Translations under genes and position numbers: made by a program | Notes under the pieces: generated by a model | Seen by the model: only the letters and a program-made list of their open reading frames with translations | Told to the model about the DNA's origin: nothing | The model's database searches: none | Source: Fidelibacterota bacterium CG1_02_48_14 | GTDB taxonomy: Bacteria > Fidelibacterota > UBA8477 | Assembly: GCA_001872685.1 (NCBI GenBank) | Contig: MNWS01000121.1 | Span: forward strand, 1-35,278 | Length of the DNA stretch: 35,278 bases | Direction of reading: 5' to 3' | Part shown: positions 7,793 through 16,657 of the stretch, one piece after another | Numbering within the stretch: the first letter of the stretch is position 1 | Layout: every line of letters starts with the position of its first letter

Positions 7793-8554
7793 ATGAATCA
7801 GACTATCGAATCATTAAAATCAGAAATTTTGGCCCAGGGCAACCTCCCGAATCACATCGCTATCATTATGGATGGGAATGGACGCTGGGCGAAACAGCGC
7901 GGTCTGCCGCGGGTGGCAGGACATTCTGAAGGCATTAAATCTGTACGCGTCGTGACGCGTTTATGCGGTGAAATGGGTGTGAAATACCTGACACTTTTCA
8001 CCTTCTCAAGTGAAAACTGGCAGCGACCCCGCCTGGAAGTCTCAGCTCTGATGCAACTGTTGCTGGAGACCATCAACCATGAAGTTGAGGATTTAGATCG
8101 GAACAATGTTCGGCTCTCAGTCATTGGACGCTTAATGGATTTACCTGAAGCACCGCGACGCGGGATGGAGCAAGCCATCCAACGGCTCTCGAAGAACACG
8201 GGACTTGGATTGAACCTGGCATTGAGTTATGGTTCCAGACAGGAAATCCTGGATGCGGTGAATCAAATCAGCCAGGATGTTGCTGATGGAAAAATTAAGC
8301 CAGGTGAAATCACCGCGGACTTATTCAGCAAAAAACTTTATACGGCTAACCTGCCGGATCCGGATTTACTCATCCGTACCAGTGGTGAGGCGCGCATCAG
8401 CAATTTTTTACTATGGCAGATGGCCTATACAGAAATGTATATCACGCCTGATTATTGGCCAGCCTTCAGAGAGTATGAACTTCTGCTGGCGATCAAGGAT
8501 TTTCAGAAGCGTGAACGACGATTTGGCAAGGTAAGCGAACAACTAATTCATTAA
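7793..8554 (+). CDS. uppS: Undecaprenyl diphosphate synthase (cis-prenyltransferase)
   Basis: HIAIIMDGNGRWA and RTSGE.RISNFLLWQ motifs; 253 aa. Confidence 0.95.
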   Translation: MNQTIESLKSEILAQGNLPNHIAIIMDGNGRWAKQRGLPRVAGHSEGIKSVRVVTRLCGEMGVKYLTLFTFSSENWQRPRLEVSALMQLLLETINHEVEDLDRNNVRLSVIGRLMDLPEAPRRGMEQAIQRLSKNTGLGLNLALSYGSRQEILDAVNQISQDVADGKIKPGEITADLFSKKLYTANLPDPDLLIRTSGEARISNFLLWQMAYTEMYITPDYWPAFREYELLLAIKDFQKRERRFGKVSEQLIH

Positions 8555-8581
8555 GCATTTAACGAAAAGCAACTAATCAAT

Positions 8582-10963
8582 ATGTGGCATTCCCCTAAGA
8601 AAATCCTTGTGCTTTTAATCAGTCTTATGGTCGTGTGCAATCTTTCCGGCCAGGCTGCGAAGGTTAAAATTTTCAATATTACCGTCGTGGGGAATAAAAC
8701 CGCATCGCCAGATGTCATTATTCAGAATTCGGGTCTCAAAGTCGGTACTGACATTAACGCCGATGCCTTTGGAGATGCTGTCCGTCAATTGTGGAATTTG
8801 GGACTTTTTTCTGACATCAAGTTGGTGGCTGACAGGCAAACACCGGAGGGCATTTACCTGATCATTTCCGTGGAAGAATATCCGCGAATGGATGAACTTG
8901 TCCTGAAGGGCAATAAAAAAATAAAAAATGATGACATCGAGGAGGAGCTCAAACTCTATCCCGGACAGGTTCTTTCACCCAATGCCGTTTATGAAGCCCA
9001 AAATAAAATCAAAACAATGTATCTGGATAAGGGCTATTTGCTCGCTGAAATAACACCGGCAACATTTGAAGGCGAAAAAGAGAATACGCGGGGTATCCAG
9101 TTCGACATTGAAGAAGGTAAAAAAGTCAAGGTTTACACCATTGATTTTGTGGGCAACACCCAGATGAGTGATCGCAAACTGCGTGGTAAAATGGAAAAAA
9201 TCAAGCAGGAGCGATGGTGGAAATTTTGGGCAGAATCCGAATACAATCAGGATAACCTGAGCGCTGACGAATCCAGACTGGTGGATTATTACAAGTCCAA
9301 AGGTTACCGCGATGCCGAGGTAATTCGTGATAGCATCTATTACTCTGATAACAAGAAGCGCATGTTTATTGAGGTAGATGTGCACGAAGGTGCGCAATAC
9401 AAATATGGCGATGTTTCCATTTCGGGGAACACCCTCTTTCCCACAGAAAATATGCTGAAAGCTTTGGGCATCCAGCGTGGTGATATTTACGATGCCGAAA
9501 AACTTGCTGAAAAAATTGAGACGAATTTGCGCGGTCCCTATATGGATCGTGGGTATTTGTATGTCCAGGTCAATCCCGTGGAGATTCCGGTTGCAGTGGA
9601 TACGGTCAATTTGAAAATAGATGTGGTTGAGTATAGTCCTGTCAAGGTTCGTCAGATCAATATTGTTGGGAATGACAAAACCAAAGAAAATGTCATCCGG
9701 CGGGAATTACGCGTTTTCCCCGGTGACCAATTCAGTCGTACCGCGCTCATGCGTAGCCAGCGCGAAATCATGATTTTAAATTATTTTAATAATGTCGTCC
9801 CGGATGTTTTGCCTGTGGATGATGATGAAATTGATCTGGAGTTTTCAGTAGAAGAAAAACAGACGGGAATGGCGACCGCCAGTGCTGGTTACAGCGAACG
9901 CGATGGCTTGATTGGTACCCTTGGCATGCAGTTCCCGAACTTTCTGGGGAACGGTCAGCAGCTTTCATTTAACCTACAACGCGCCTACAGTTACCGCTCA
10001 TTTTCCATTAGTTTCACCGAGCCCTGGCTATTTGACACACCAAACCTGCTGGGTGTATCGTTGTTTGACACAGACCGTAGCCGTGGGGATTTGAACAGCT
10101 ATTTTGGGAGTACATCCTCAAGTTATTCCTATACACCCTACGATATGCATTCCACCGGTGGATCACTGACATTTGGCAGGCGATTCAGGTGGCCTGACAA
10201 TTATTTCCGTGGTCGCTGGATATTCCAGGCGATGCGTAACACCTATGACCTGACGAAGGTCTACGATTGGTCCATATTCGACCAGGTCAACCCAGCCCAC
10301 CTGGAAAAAACCTCAGGGATCAGTCTGCGGCAGGTGATCTCACGCGATTCACGGAATGCACCAGAATTTCCAACCGAAGGTTCAGTTTTGAATTTGACTT
10401 CGACGATCAGCGGTGGGTTCATGGGCGGGAATGAAAGTTTCGTCAAACAGGAGGCGAACCTGGAATGGTTCAGCCCCATGGGCAATGAGAACATTACCTG
10501 GCGAAATTTTGCTGAACTGGGATACTTAAGTGCCATTGACGACGATATTGCCCATATCATTCCCTACGATGAATACTTCTTCATGGGTGGTGCCGGTCTG
10601 ATCTGGGGTTCGGCTTTGCGCGGTTATCCGGAACGATCGGTGGGGCCGTCCTCGACCTCGGGAATTTGGTATGGTGGTAAAAGTTTATTCAAGGTAACCA
10701 GCGAACTTCGGTTTAAACTATCGCCGAACCCGTTGTTATTCCTTCTGGTCTTTGCTGAAGCTGGAAATACCTGGCGGGATTGGAATGAGACGAACTTCTA
10801 CGATCTGAAACGTTCGGCGGGAATTGGTGGTCGAATTATCATGCCACCGATTGGTTTATTGGGAATTGACCTGGGGTGGGGCTTTGATCGCCCATCATTG
10901 GGGTTATCACAGACAAGTTGGAAATCACCCGAAGTGCACTTCATCTTTGGGCAACAGTTTTAG
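8582..10963 (+). CDS. bamA: Outer membrane protein assembly factor BamA
   Basis: 793 aa with a signal peptide, POTRA-like repeats (e.g. I..I.VVGN..T....I), a C-terminal beta-barrel ending ..HFIFGQQF, and the conserved position upstream of skp-lpxD. Confidence 0.9.
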   Translation: MWHSPKKILVLLISLMVVCNLSGQAAKVKIFNITVVGNKTASPDVIIQNSGLKVGTDINADAFGDAVRQLWNLGLFSDIKLVADRQTPEGIYLIISVEEYPRMDELVLKGNKKIKNDDIEEELKLYPGQVLSPNAVYEAQNKIKTMYLDKGYLLAEITPATFEGEKENTRGIQFDIEEGKKVKVYTIDFVGNTQMSDRKLRGKMEKIKQERWWKFWAESEYNQDNLSADESRLVDYYKSKGYRDAEVIRDSIYYSDNKKRMFIEVDVHEGAQYKYGDVSISGNTLFPTENMLKALGIQRGDIYDAEKLAEKIETNLRGPYMDRGYLYVQVNPVEIPVAVDTVNLKIDVVEYSPVKVRQINIVGNDKTKENVIRRELRVFPGDQFSRTALMRSQREIMILNYFNNVVPDVLPVDDDEIDLEFSVEEKQTGMATASAGYSERDGLIGTLGMQFPNFLGNGQQLSFNLQRAYSYRSFSISFTEPWLFDTPNLLGVSLFDTDRSRGDLNSYFGSTSSSYSYTPYDMHSTGGSLTFGRRFRWPDNYFRGRWIFQAMRNTYDLTKVYDWSIFDQVNPAHLEKTSGISLRQVISRDSRNAPEFPTEGSVLNLTSTISGGFMGGNESFVKQEANLEWFSPMGNENITWRNFAELGYLSAIDDDIAHIIPYDEYFFMGGAGLIWGSALRGYPERSVGPSSTSGIWYGGKSLFKVTSELRFKLSPNPLLFLLVFAEAGNTWRDWNETNFYDLKRSAGIGGRIIMPPIGLLGIDLGWGFDRPSLGLSQTSWKSPEVHFIFGQQF

Positions 10964-10987
10964 AGATACTACACACAAGGAGGGACC

Positions 10988-11512
10988 GTGTTGGGTCGTA
11001 AATCAACAATATTGCTGGCACTTGGGTTGTTTTGGGTTAGTAGCGTTTCCGCACAGAAACTGGGCTACATCAACTCAGAGGTCATTCTGAACGAGTTTGA
11101 AGAGTTTCGTGAAGCGCAGAGCAAACTTGAAGTTGAGGGCAAGCGGATTCAGGATCAATACTATGCCATGGCAGGTCGTTTGGATAGTCTTCAACAAGAG
11201 TATGAACGCCAAAAATTTATCATGACGGAAGCGAACCGGAAGGCAAAAGAGACTGAGATCAAGTCATTAAGTGATCAACTGCGTCAGTTTCAGGTCGAGA
11301 AATTAGGTCCACAGGGTGAGATTTACCAAAAGCAGCAGCAAATCGCCGCACCTATTCTGGATAAAATCAATAAGGCGATCAAAAAAGTCGGCCTGGATTA
11401 TGGATACGATTTTATTTTCGACACGGTTCAGGGTAACATTCTGTACGCCAAAGATTCCTACGATCTCACGAATGTCGTTTTGAATGAATTACGTAAAGGT
11501 GGAGCGAAATAA
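10988..11512 (+). CDS. skp: OmpH/Skp periplasmic chaperone
   Basis: Signal peptide, KLGYINSEVIL motif, a coiled-coil-rich protein of about 170 aa, located between bamA and lpxD. The start is either GTG 10988 or TTG 10991, after GGAGG at 10979-10983. Confidence 0.8.
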   Translation: MLGRKSTILLALGLFWVSSVSAQKLGYINSEVILNEFEEFREAQSKLEVEGKRIQDQYYAMAGRLDSLQQEYERQKFIMTEANRKAKETEIKSLSDQLRQFQVEKLGPQGEIYQKQQQIAAPILDKINKAIKKVGLDYGYDFIFDTVQGNILYAKDSYDLTNVVLNELRKGGAK

Positions 11513-11515
11513 GTT

Positions 11516-12541
11516 TTGGCCATGAATCTCCTGGCCATAGCCCAAGCCTTAGAGGGTAATCTCGAGGGCGACGGGTCGCTCACAATCACGCGTGTTAGCG
11601 AAATTCATTCGGCACACACCGGTGAGATTTCGTTTATTGCCAACCCGAAGTATCGAAAATTTTCCGAGACCACAAAAGCATCCGCGCTGATTGTTTCGAC
11701 AGATCTGGATATTGACTTTCCCAATCTGATTCGAATGGATGATCCTTACGCCGGCATGGTTAAAGCGCTCTATCTCCTGAATCACAAACCTCGGGTGCCG
11801 AAAGCTGGTGTTCACACAACGGCGGTAGTAGCATCATCAGCCAGGATCGCACCAACAGCCGAAATCGGACCTTATGTGGTCATTGGGCGTGAGGCTGTCA
11901 TTGGAGATAGCACGATTATCGAAAGTCATACAACGATCGGTGATGGAACCAGAATTGGCAGCGATTGCTGGATTCACCCAAATGTTTCCGTCTATGACGG
12001 GATGTTGATGGGAAATCACGTGGAGATCCATAGTGGTGCTGTGATCGGTAGTGATGGCTTTGGTTTTGCGCCCACCCCGGAAGGCATTTTCAAAATCCCC
12101 CAGACGGGTCGTGTGGTGATCCATGATCATGTTGAAATTGGTGCCGGTTGTGCGATTGATCGGGGGACCATTGGTGACACCGAGATTGGTGAAAGTACCA
12201 AACTTGATAATCAGGTTCACATTGCTCATAATGTGAAGCTGGGTAAGGGCTGTCTCATTACCGCACAGGTTGCCATTGCCGGAAGCACAATTTTGGGTGA
12301 TAATGTTCAAATGGGGGGACAAAGCGGGGTTATCGGTCACGTCCATGTGGGAAATCGTGTCTCCATCGCTACTCGTGGTGGTGTCACGCGGGATGTACCG
12401 GATGGTGAGATCGTGGGCGGATTTCCAGCCAGATCTCATAAAGAGTTCTTAAAGCGTGATGCTTATATTTCGAAAATCCCTGACCTCGTTAACCGGATAA
12501 AAAACTTGGAAATCCGATTAAAAGAACCAGAAAACGAATAG
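11516..12541 (+). CDS. lpxD: UDP-3-O-acylglucosamine N-acyltransferase LpxD
   Basis: 341 aa; an N-terminal LpxD domain followed by hexapeptide (left-handed beta-helix) repeats, with matching synteny. TTG 11516 or ATG 11522 as start. Confidence 0.9.
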   Translation: MAMNLLAIAQALEGNLEGDGSLTITRVSEIHSAHTGEISFIANPKYRKFSETTKASALIVSTDLDIDFPNLIRMDDPYAGMVKALYLLNHKPRVPKAGVHTTAVVASSARIAPTAEIGPYVVIGREAVIGDSTIIESHTTIGDGTRIGSDCWIHPNVSVYDGMLMGNHVEIHSGAVIGSDGFGFAPTPEGIFKIPQTGRVVIHDHVEIGAGCAIDRGTIGDTEIGESTKLDNQVHIAHNVKLGKGCLITAQVAIAGSTILGDNVQMGGQSGVIGHVHVGNRVSIATRGGVTRDVPDGEIVGGFPARSHKEFLKRDAYISKIPDLVNRIKNLEIRLKEPENE

Positions 12542-12548
12542 AGGATTA

Positions 12549-13958
12549 ATGTCTCCCATGGAAAATCACAAACAGCGCACGATTGCTCGTCCCATTTCGA
12601 TTTCAGGGGTCGGTTTACACACAGGTGTATTCACCACGATGACGTTCAAGCCTGCGCCGGAAAATACGGGGTATGTTTTTCAGAGAATCGATGTGGAAAA
12701 TGCGCCCATGATCAAGGCTGATATTGATCATGTCGTGGATATTTCCCGGGGAACGACATTAGAACAAAATGGTGTTCGGATACACACAACCGAGCATGTT
12801 TTGGCCGCAGTAAGTGGACTCGAAATCGACAATATCATTATAGAACTGGATAACAAAGAGCCTCCGGTTGCCGACGGCAGCGCTATTATGTTCGTGGATA
12901 AATTATTGGAAGCAGGGATTGTGGAGCAGGATGCTGTTCGTGAATACCTGACGGTGGAGCGTACGGTGACATACACCGACCCTGAAAAGGGTGTCGATAT
13001 TCACGTGCTGCCGTCGAATCAGTTCCGCGCGACCTTTATGATTGATTATAAGCTCCAGTCTCTGGGTACGCAGTACACCTCATTCTATTCCCTTGAGGAA
13101 GATTTTGTCGAACAATTCGCACCGGCGCGGACTTTTTGCTTCCTCCATGAGGTTGACGAATTGAAGAAGCAGGGACTCATCAAAGGCGGTTCCGTCGAAA
13201 ATGCCCTGGTGATGATTGACCGTACCATTGACGATTCAGAACTGGATCGCCTGAAAAAGTTGTTTGACATTAAGGATGATGTGGTGCAGGGTAGTAATGG
13301 AATTTTGAACGGCAAGGAATTGCGTTTCCCCAATGAACCCGTGCGTCACAAAGTATTGGATTTAATTGGTGACCTGGCGCTGTTGGGGATGCCGATTCAG
13401 GGACACATCATCGCTGCCCGAAGCGGTCATGCCTCTAATGTTGAACTGGTACGCCGACTCAAAAAAGAATTTGAAAAACAGATATTATCCAAACGCTACC
13501 AGCGCCGATTGCGGAAACGCCCGATTTTTCTGGATACTGAGGCCATCAAACGCATTCTGCCGCACCGATACCCGTTTCTCCTGATTGATCGTATCATTGA
13601 CATGGTCCCTCTGGAGAAAATTGTCGCGGTGAAAAATGTGACGGCCAATGAGCCATTTTTCGAAGGTCATTTCCCCGGAAAGCCGATTATGCCCGGCGTG
13701 TTAACACTCGAGGCCATGGCGCAGGCGGGTGGAGTATTATTATTGAATGCCATCGAAGACCACGAAAATAAATTGGTCTATTTCTCAGCCGCCGACAATG
13801 TCCGGTGGCGGAAGTTGGTGGAACCGGGTGATCAAATCATCTTTGAAGTGGATTTGGTCAAATACCGCATGGGGACCGCCAAAATCCATGGCAAGGCATT
13901 TGTGGATGGGGAACTGGTATTAGAAGCCGACCTGATGGCCGCCGTCGTCGAAAAGTGA
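12549..13958 (+). CDS. lpxC/fabZ: Bifunctional UDP-3-O-acyl-GlcNAc deacetylase / 3-hydroxyacyl-ACP dehydratase (LpxC-FabZ fusion)
   Basis: The N-terminal half has TTEHVLAAVSGLEIDN (LpxC). The C-terminal half has LPHRYPFLLIDRI and FFEGHFPGKPIMPGV (FabZ). Confidence 0.9.
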   Translation: MSPMENHKQRTIARPISISGVGLHTGVFTTMTFKPAPENTGYVFQRIDVENAPMIKADIDHVVDISRGTTLEQNGVRIHTTEHVLAAVSGLEIDNIIIELDNKEPPVADGSAIMFVDKLLEAGIVEQDAVREYLTVERTVTYTDPEKGVDIHVLPSNQFRATFMIDYKLQSLGTQYTSFYSLEEDFVEQFAPARTFCFLHEVDELKKQGLIKGGSVENALVMIDRTIDDSELDRLKKLFDIKDDVVQGSNGILNGKELRFPNEPVRHKVLDLIGDLALLGMPIQGHIIAARSGHASNVELVRRLKKEFEKQILSKRYQRRLRKRPIFLDTEAIKRILPHRYPFLLIDRIIDMVPLEKIVAVKNVTANEPFFEGHFPGKPIMPGVLTLEAMAQAGGVLLLNAIEDHENKLVYFSAADNVRWRKLVEPGDQIIFEVDLVKYRMGTAKIHGKAFVDGELVLEADLMAAVVEK

Positions 13959-13968
13959 GATACTATTA

Positions 13969-14745
13969 ATGGCAAACATGATTCACCCAACCGCGATCAT
14001 CTCGGACAAGAATGTCAAGATTGGTGACAATGTCACCATCGGACCATTTTCGATCGTGGAGGAAAATGTGGAGATCGGCGATGGCGTAACCATTGCCAGC
14101 CATGCCTTGATTGGCAGCGGCGCCCGCATTCATAACAATGTGAATGTGTTCATCGGAGCGGTGGTGAGTGGTCGTCCACAGGATTTGAAGTACAACGACG
14201 AAGAGACCACGACCATCATCGGCGAGAACACGATTATTCGGGAATATGTCACCATTCACCGGGGCACAGACGATAAATGGCAGACAGTTGTTGGTAAGGA
14301 TTGTCTGATCATGGCTTATTGTCACATCGCTCACGATTGTACCATCGGTGATAATGTTATTCTCAGTAATTCCTGCAACATGGCTGGTCATGTCACCATT
14401 GAAGATTTCGCGGCTGTAGGTGGCATGGTGCCCATCCATCAGTTCGTTACGATTGGATGCCATAGCTTCATCGGCGGTGGATTTCGCGTGAGCAAGGATG
14501 TCCCGCCCTATATCCGCGCTTCAAACAGTCCCTTGACCTACAACGGCCTGAATTCCGTCGGCTTGCGTCGTCGTGGTTTTACATCTGAAATGGTTTCGGT
14601 GATTAAGGAAGCCTATCAACTGATCTATCGCTCCACACTCAATGTCTCTCAGGCGATACTGGAGATCAGAGAAAAATTGCCCCAAACCAAGGAAATACAG
14701 GTCATTCTGGACTTTATTGAAAAAAGTAAGCGCGGAATTATCTGA
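13969..14745 (+). CDS. lpxA: Acyl-ACP--UDP-GlcNAc O-acyltransferase LpxA
   Basis: 258 aa; IHPTAII start, hexapeptide repeats plus a C-terminal helical domain, with matching synteny. Confidence 0.9.
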   Translation: MANMIHPTAIISDKNVKIGDNVTIGPFSIVEENVEIGDGVTIASHALIGSGARIHNNVNVFIGAVVSGRPQDLKYNDEETTTIIGENTIIREYVTIHRGTDDKWQTVVGKDCLIMAYCHIAHDCTIGDNVILSNSCNMAGHVTIEDFAAVGGMVPIHQFVTIGCHSFIGGGFRVSKDVPPYIRASNSPLTYNGLNSVGLRRRGFTSEMVSVIKEAYQLIYRSTLNVSQAILEIREKLPQTKEIQVILDFIEKSKRGII

Positions 14746-14784
14746 GTCGATTTTTAAAATCTTTTCCTTCAAGTCACAATTGGA

Positions 14785-15498
14785 ATGTTGCGTTTCCCTC
14801 CACTGGTATTTGGTTTAACTTTGCCCCTTATGAAACGTCTGATCTTTATGATGGCGCTTGTCGCAACACAAACTCTGGCTGGTTCCTGGCTCGATTTGCA
14901 ACAGCGTAATGACCCGGGGAATATATCGCAGGACATGCGAAATCTCGCAACCCTGGTCTCGGTCCCGTCAGCAACCTTTTTGCGGAATTTTGGTCAGGTG
15001 AGTTTTACGCAATCGTTTGTCAATACCCACTCGGGATTGATTGCTGGGAATCAACATATTGGATTTGCCATTCAACCCTTACCTGAATGGGTATTTTCAG
15101 CTCAGCTCTGGAATCTGACTGCACAATACCCGGTCTTTGGCCATTCACTTGGTGCGAAATACATTTGGTCCTGGAACAATCGGGTCGAATGGGGTACCGA
15201 AGTTCAGCTTAACCGAATTTCCGGTCAGGGGACATTCAGTCAGAAGAATTTGAGTTTGACCCAACATTTTCTGCGAATAAACCCGCTTTGGATGGTGGGT
15301 CTGGCAACAACTTACAATCTGGAACACACGCGTTTTACAAACATTCAGGGTGTTGGCAATCGCGATGGGAATTATTGGATATTGAGTGGAACGATGGGTA
15401 AAACATTTTGGAACAGAATGCAAATTTCATTGATTATGTCAGCTCAAAAATCCAGCACTGCCGGATCACTATCCGTTCAATGGGGCGTTGGAGATTGA
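14785..15498 (+). CDS. Hypothetical exported protein, possible outer-membrane beta-barrel
   Basis: The internal ATG at 14830 gives a classical signal peptide, MKRLIFMMALVATQTLA/GS. The remainder is rich in aromatic residues and Gly with alternating hydrophobic and polar stretches (..YIWSWNNRVEWGTEVQL.., ..WMVGLATTYNL.., ..GSLSVQWGVG). I recognise no family. Confidence 0.5.
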   Translation: MLRFPPLVFGLTLPLMKRLIFMMALVATQTLAGSWLDLQQRNDPGNISQDMRNLATLVSVPSATFLRNFGQVSFTQSFVNTHSGLIAGNQHIGFAIQPLPEWVFSAQLWNLTAQYPVFGHSLGAKYIWSWNNRVEWGTEVQLNRISGQGTFSQKNLSLTQHFLRINPLWMVGLATTYNLEHTRFTNIQGVGNRDGNYWILSGTMGKTFWNRMQISLIMSAQKSSTAGSLSVQWGVGD

Positions 15499-15508
15499 CA
15501 GATCAATT

Positions 15509-16648
15509 ATGAAAAAACGACTCTCTATCCTGGGTAGTACCGGTTCGATTGGCGTAAATGCCCTGCTGGTAGTGGCAAATCTTCCGGATGATTTTGAAGT
15601 GGTATACCTTTCCACCAATCAAAATGCGGAAATTCTGATCCAACAGGCTTTGAAGTTCAAACCAAAAACCGTAGCGGTGGTGAATGAGGAGGCTGCTAAC
15701 AAGGTTAAATCCGCGCTTCCTCATACCGAGGTTCTGTCCGGGCGCGATGGTCTTTTGGAATTAGCGGGTCGTGATGATGTTGATTTACTCCTGAATGGCC
15801 TGGTTGGAAGCGCCGGAATGGAGCCCACGGTTTGTGGCATTAAAGCCGGTGTCGATATTGCCCTTGCCAACAAAGAGAGCTTGGTGATGGCGGGTGATTA
15901 CATCGAACGTCTGCTTGCCAAACATCATGTGAATTTATTTCCGGTAGACAGTGAACACAGTGCCGTTTGGCAATGCCTGGCAGGTGAAGAGCTCTCTGAT
16001 GTTGAACGCTTGATCCTGACTGGCTCCGGCGGACCTTTCCGGACGCGCGACAAAACTAGTTTTGCTTCAATCACCGTGGAAGAGGCTTTGAATCATCCCA
16101 ACTGGAAAATGGGGCGTAAGATTACTATCGATAGCGCGACGATGATGAACAAAGGGCTGGAGGTCATTGAGGCTCGGTGGTTGTTCCATCTCGGTCCGGA
16201 TCAGCTACGGATCATCGTCCATCCCCAGAGCATCATCCATTCCATGGTAGAGTTCAAGGACAAATCGGTAAAAGCCCAATTGGGTGTGCCGGACATGAAA
16301 ATTCCGATTCAATATGCCTTGACCTGGCCACGCCATAAATCCGCAAACTGGGAATCACTGGATTTGGTAAAATTGAAGCAATTGACATTTGAAGAACCGG
16401 ATTTTGAAAAATTCCCCTGCATTAAATTGGCGTTTGATGCGCTGGCAACCGGTGGAACTGCCGCCGCCGTACTGAATGTTGCCAATGAAACGGCTGTTTA
16501 CAGATTTCTGGATCATGCCATCAGTTTTACACAAATCCCACAATTAATCGAGTCTGCTTTATCAGCTCATGAGTTCATCGAACATCCCAATTTAGATGAT
16601 ATTCAAGCGCTGGAAAACTGGACCCAAACCTATGTTAATGAAGCATAA
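15509..16648 (+). CDS. dxr: 1-deoxy-D-xylulose-5-phosphate reductoisomerase
   Basis: LGSTGSIG, DSEHSA and HPNWKMG motifs. The ATG at 15509 gives the canonical MKKRLSILGSTGSIG N-terminus; the tracked ORF begins at an upstream TTG (15488). Confidence 0.95.
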   Translation: MKKRLSILGSTGSIGVNALLVVANLPDDFEVVYLSTNQNAEILIQQALKFKPKTVAVVNEEAANKVKSALPHTEVLSGRDGLLELAGRDDVDLLLNGLVGSAGMEPTVCGIKAGVDIALANKESLVMAGDYIERLLAKHHVNLFPVDSEHSAVWQCLAGEELSDVERLILTGSGGPFRTRDKTSFASITVEEALNHPNWKMGRKITIDSATMMNKGLEVIEARWLFHLGPDQLRIIVHPQSIIHSMVEFKDKSVKAQLGVPDMKIPIQYALTWPRHKSANWESLDLVKLKQLTFEEPDFEKFPCIKLAFDALATGGTAAAVLNVANETAVYRFLDHAISFTQIPQLIESALSAHEFIEHPNLDDIQALENWTQTYVNEA

Positions 16649-16657
16649 GAGAACCCT

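Noticed and set aside
8975-9397. 140-aa minus-strand ORF inside bamA (likewise 17938..18426 inside the lpxL-like gene, 20936..21331 inside msbA, and 7424..7717 over the DUF59 gene)
   Set aside because: All are fully nested antisense to genes with strong family signatures and have no supporting start context or motifs.
11837-12439. 200-aa minus-strand ORF inside lpxD (and the similar 165-aa ORF 13966..14463 inside lpxA)
   Set aside because: Hexapeptide-repeat (left-handed beta-helix) genes typically lack stop codons on the antisense strand. The translations are Gly/Asn/Thr/Ile-rich mirror images of the repeats, and no independent signal supports them.
14749-14761. Perfect palindrome GATTTT-T-AAAATC just after lpxA
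   Set aside because: It is a 6-bp pure A/T stem with a 1-nt loop, which is neither thermodynamically meaningful as a hairpin nor distinctive as a binding site. Such a sequence is expected by chance in AT-rich spacers.
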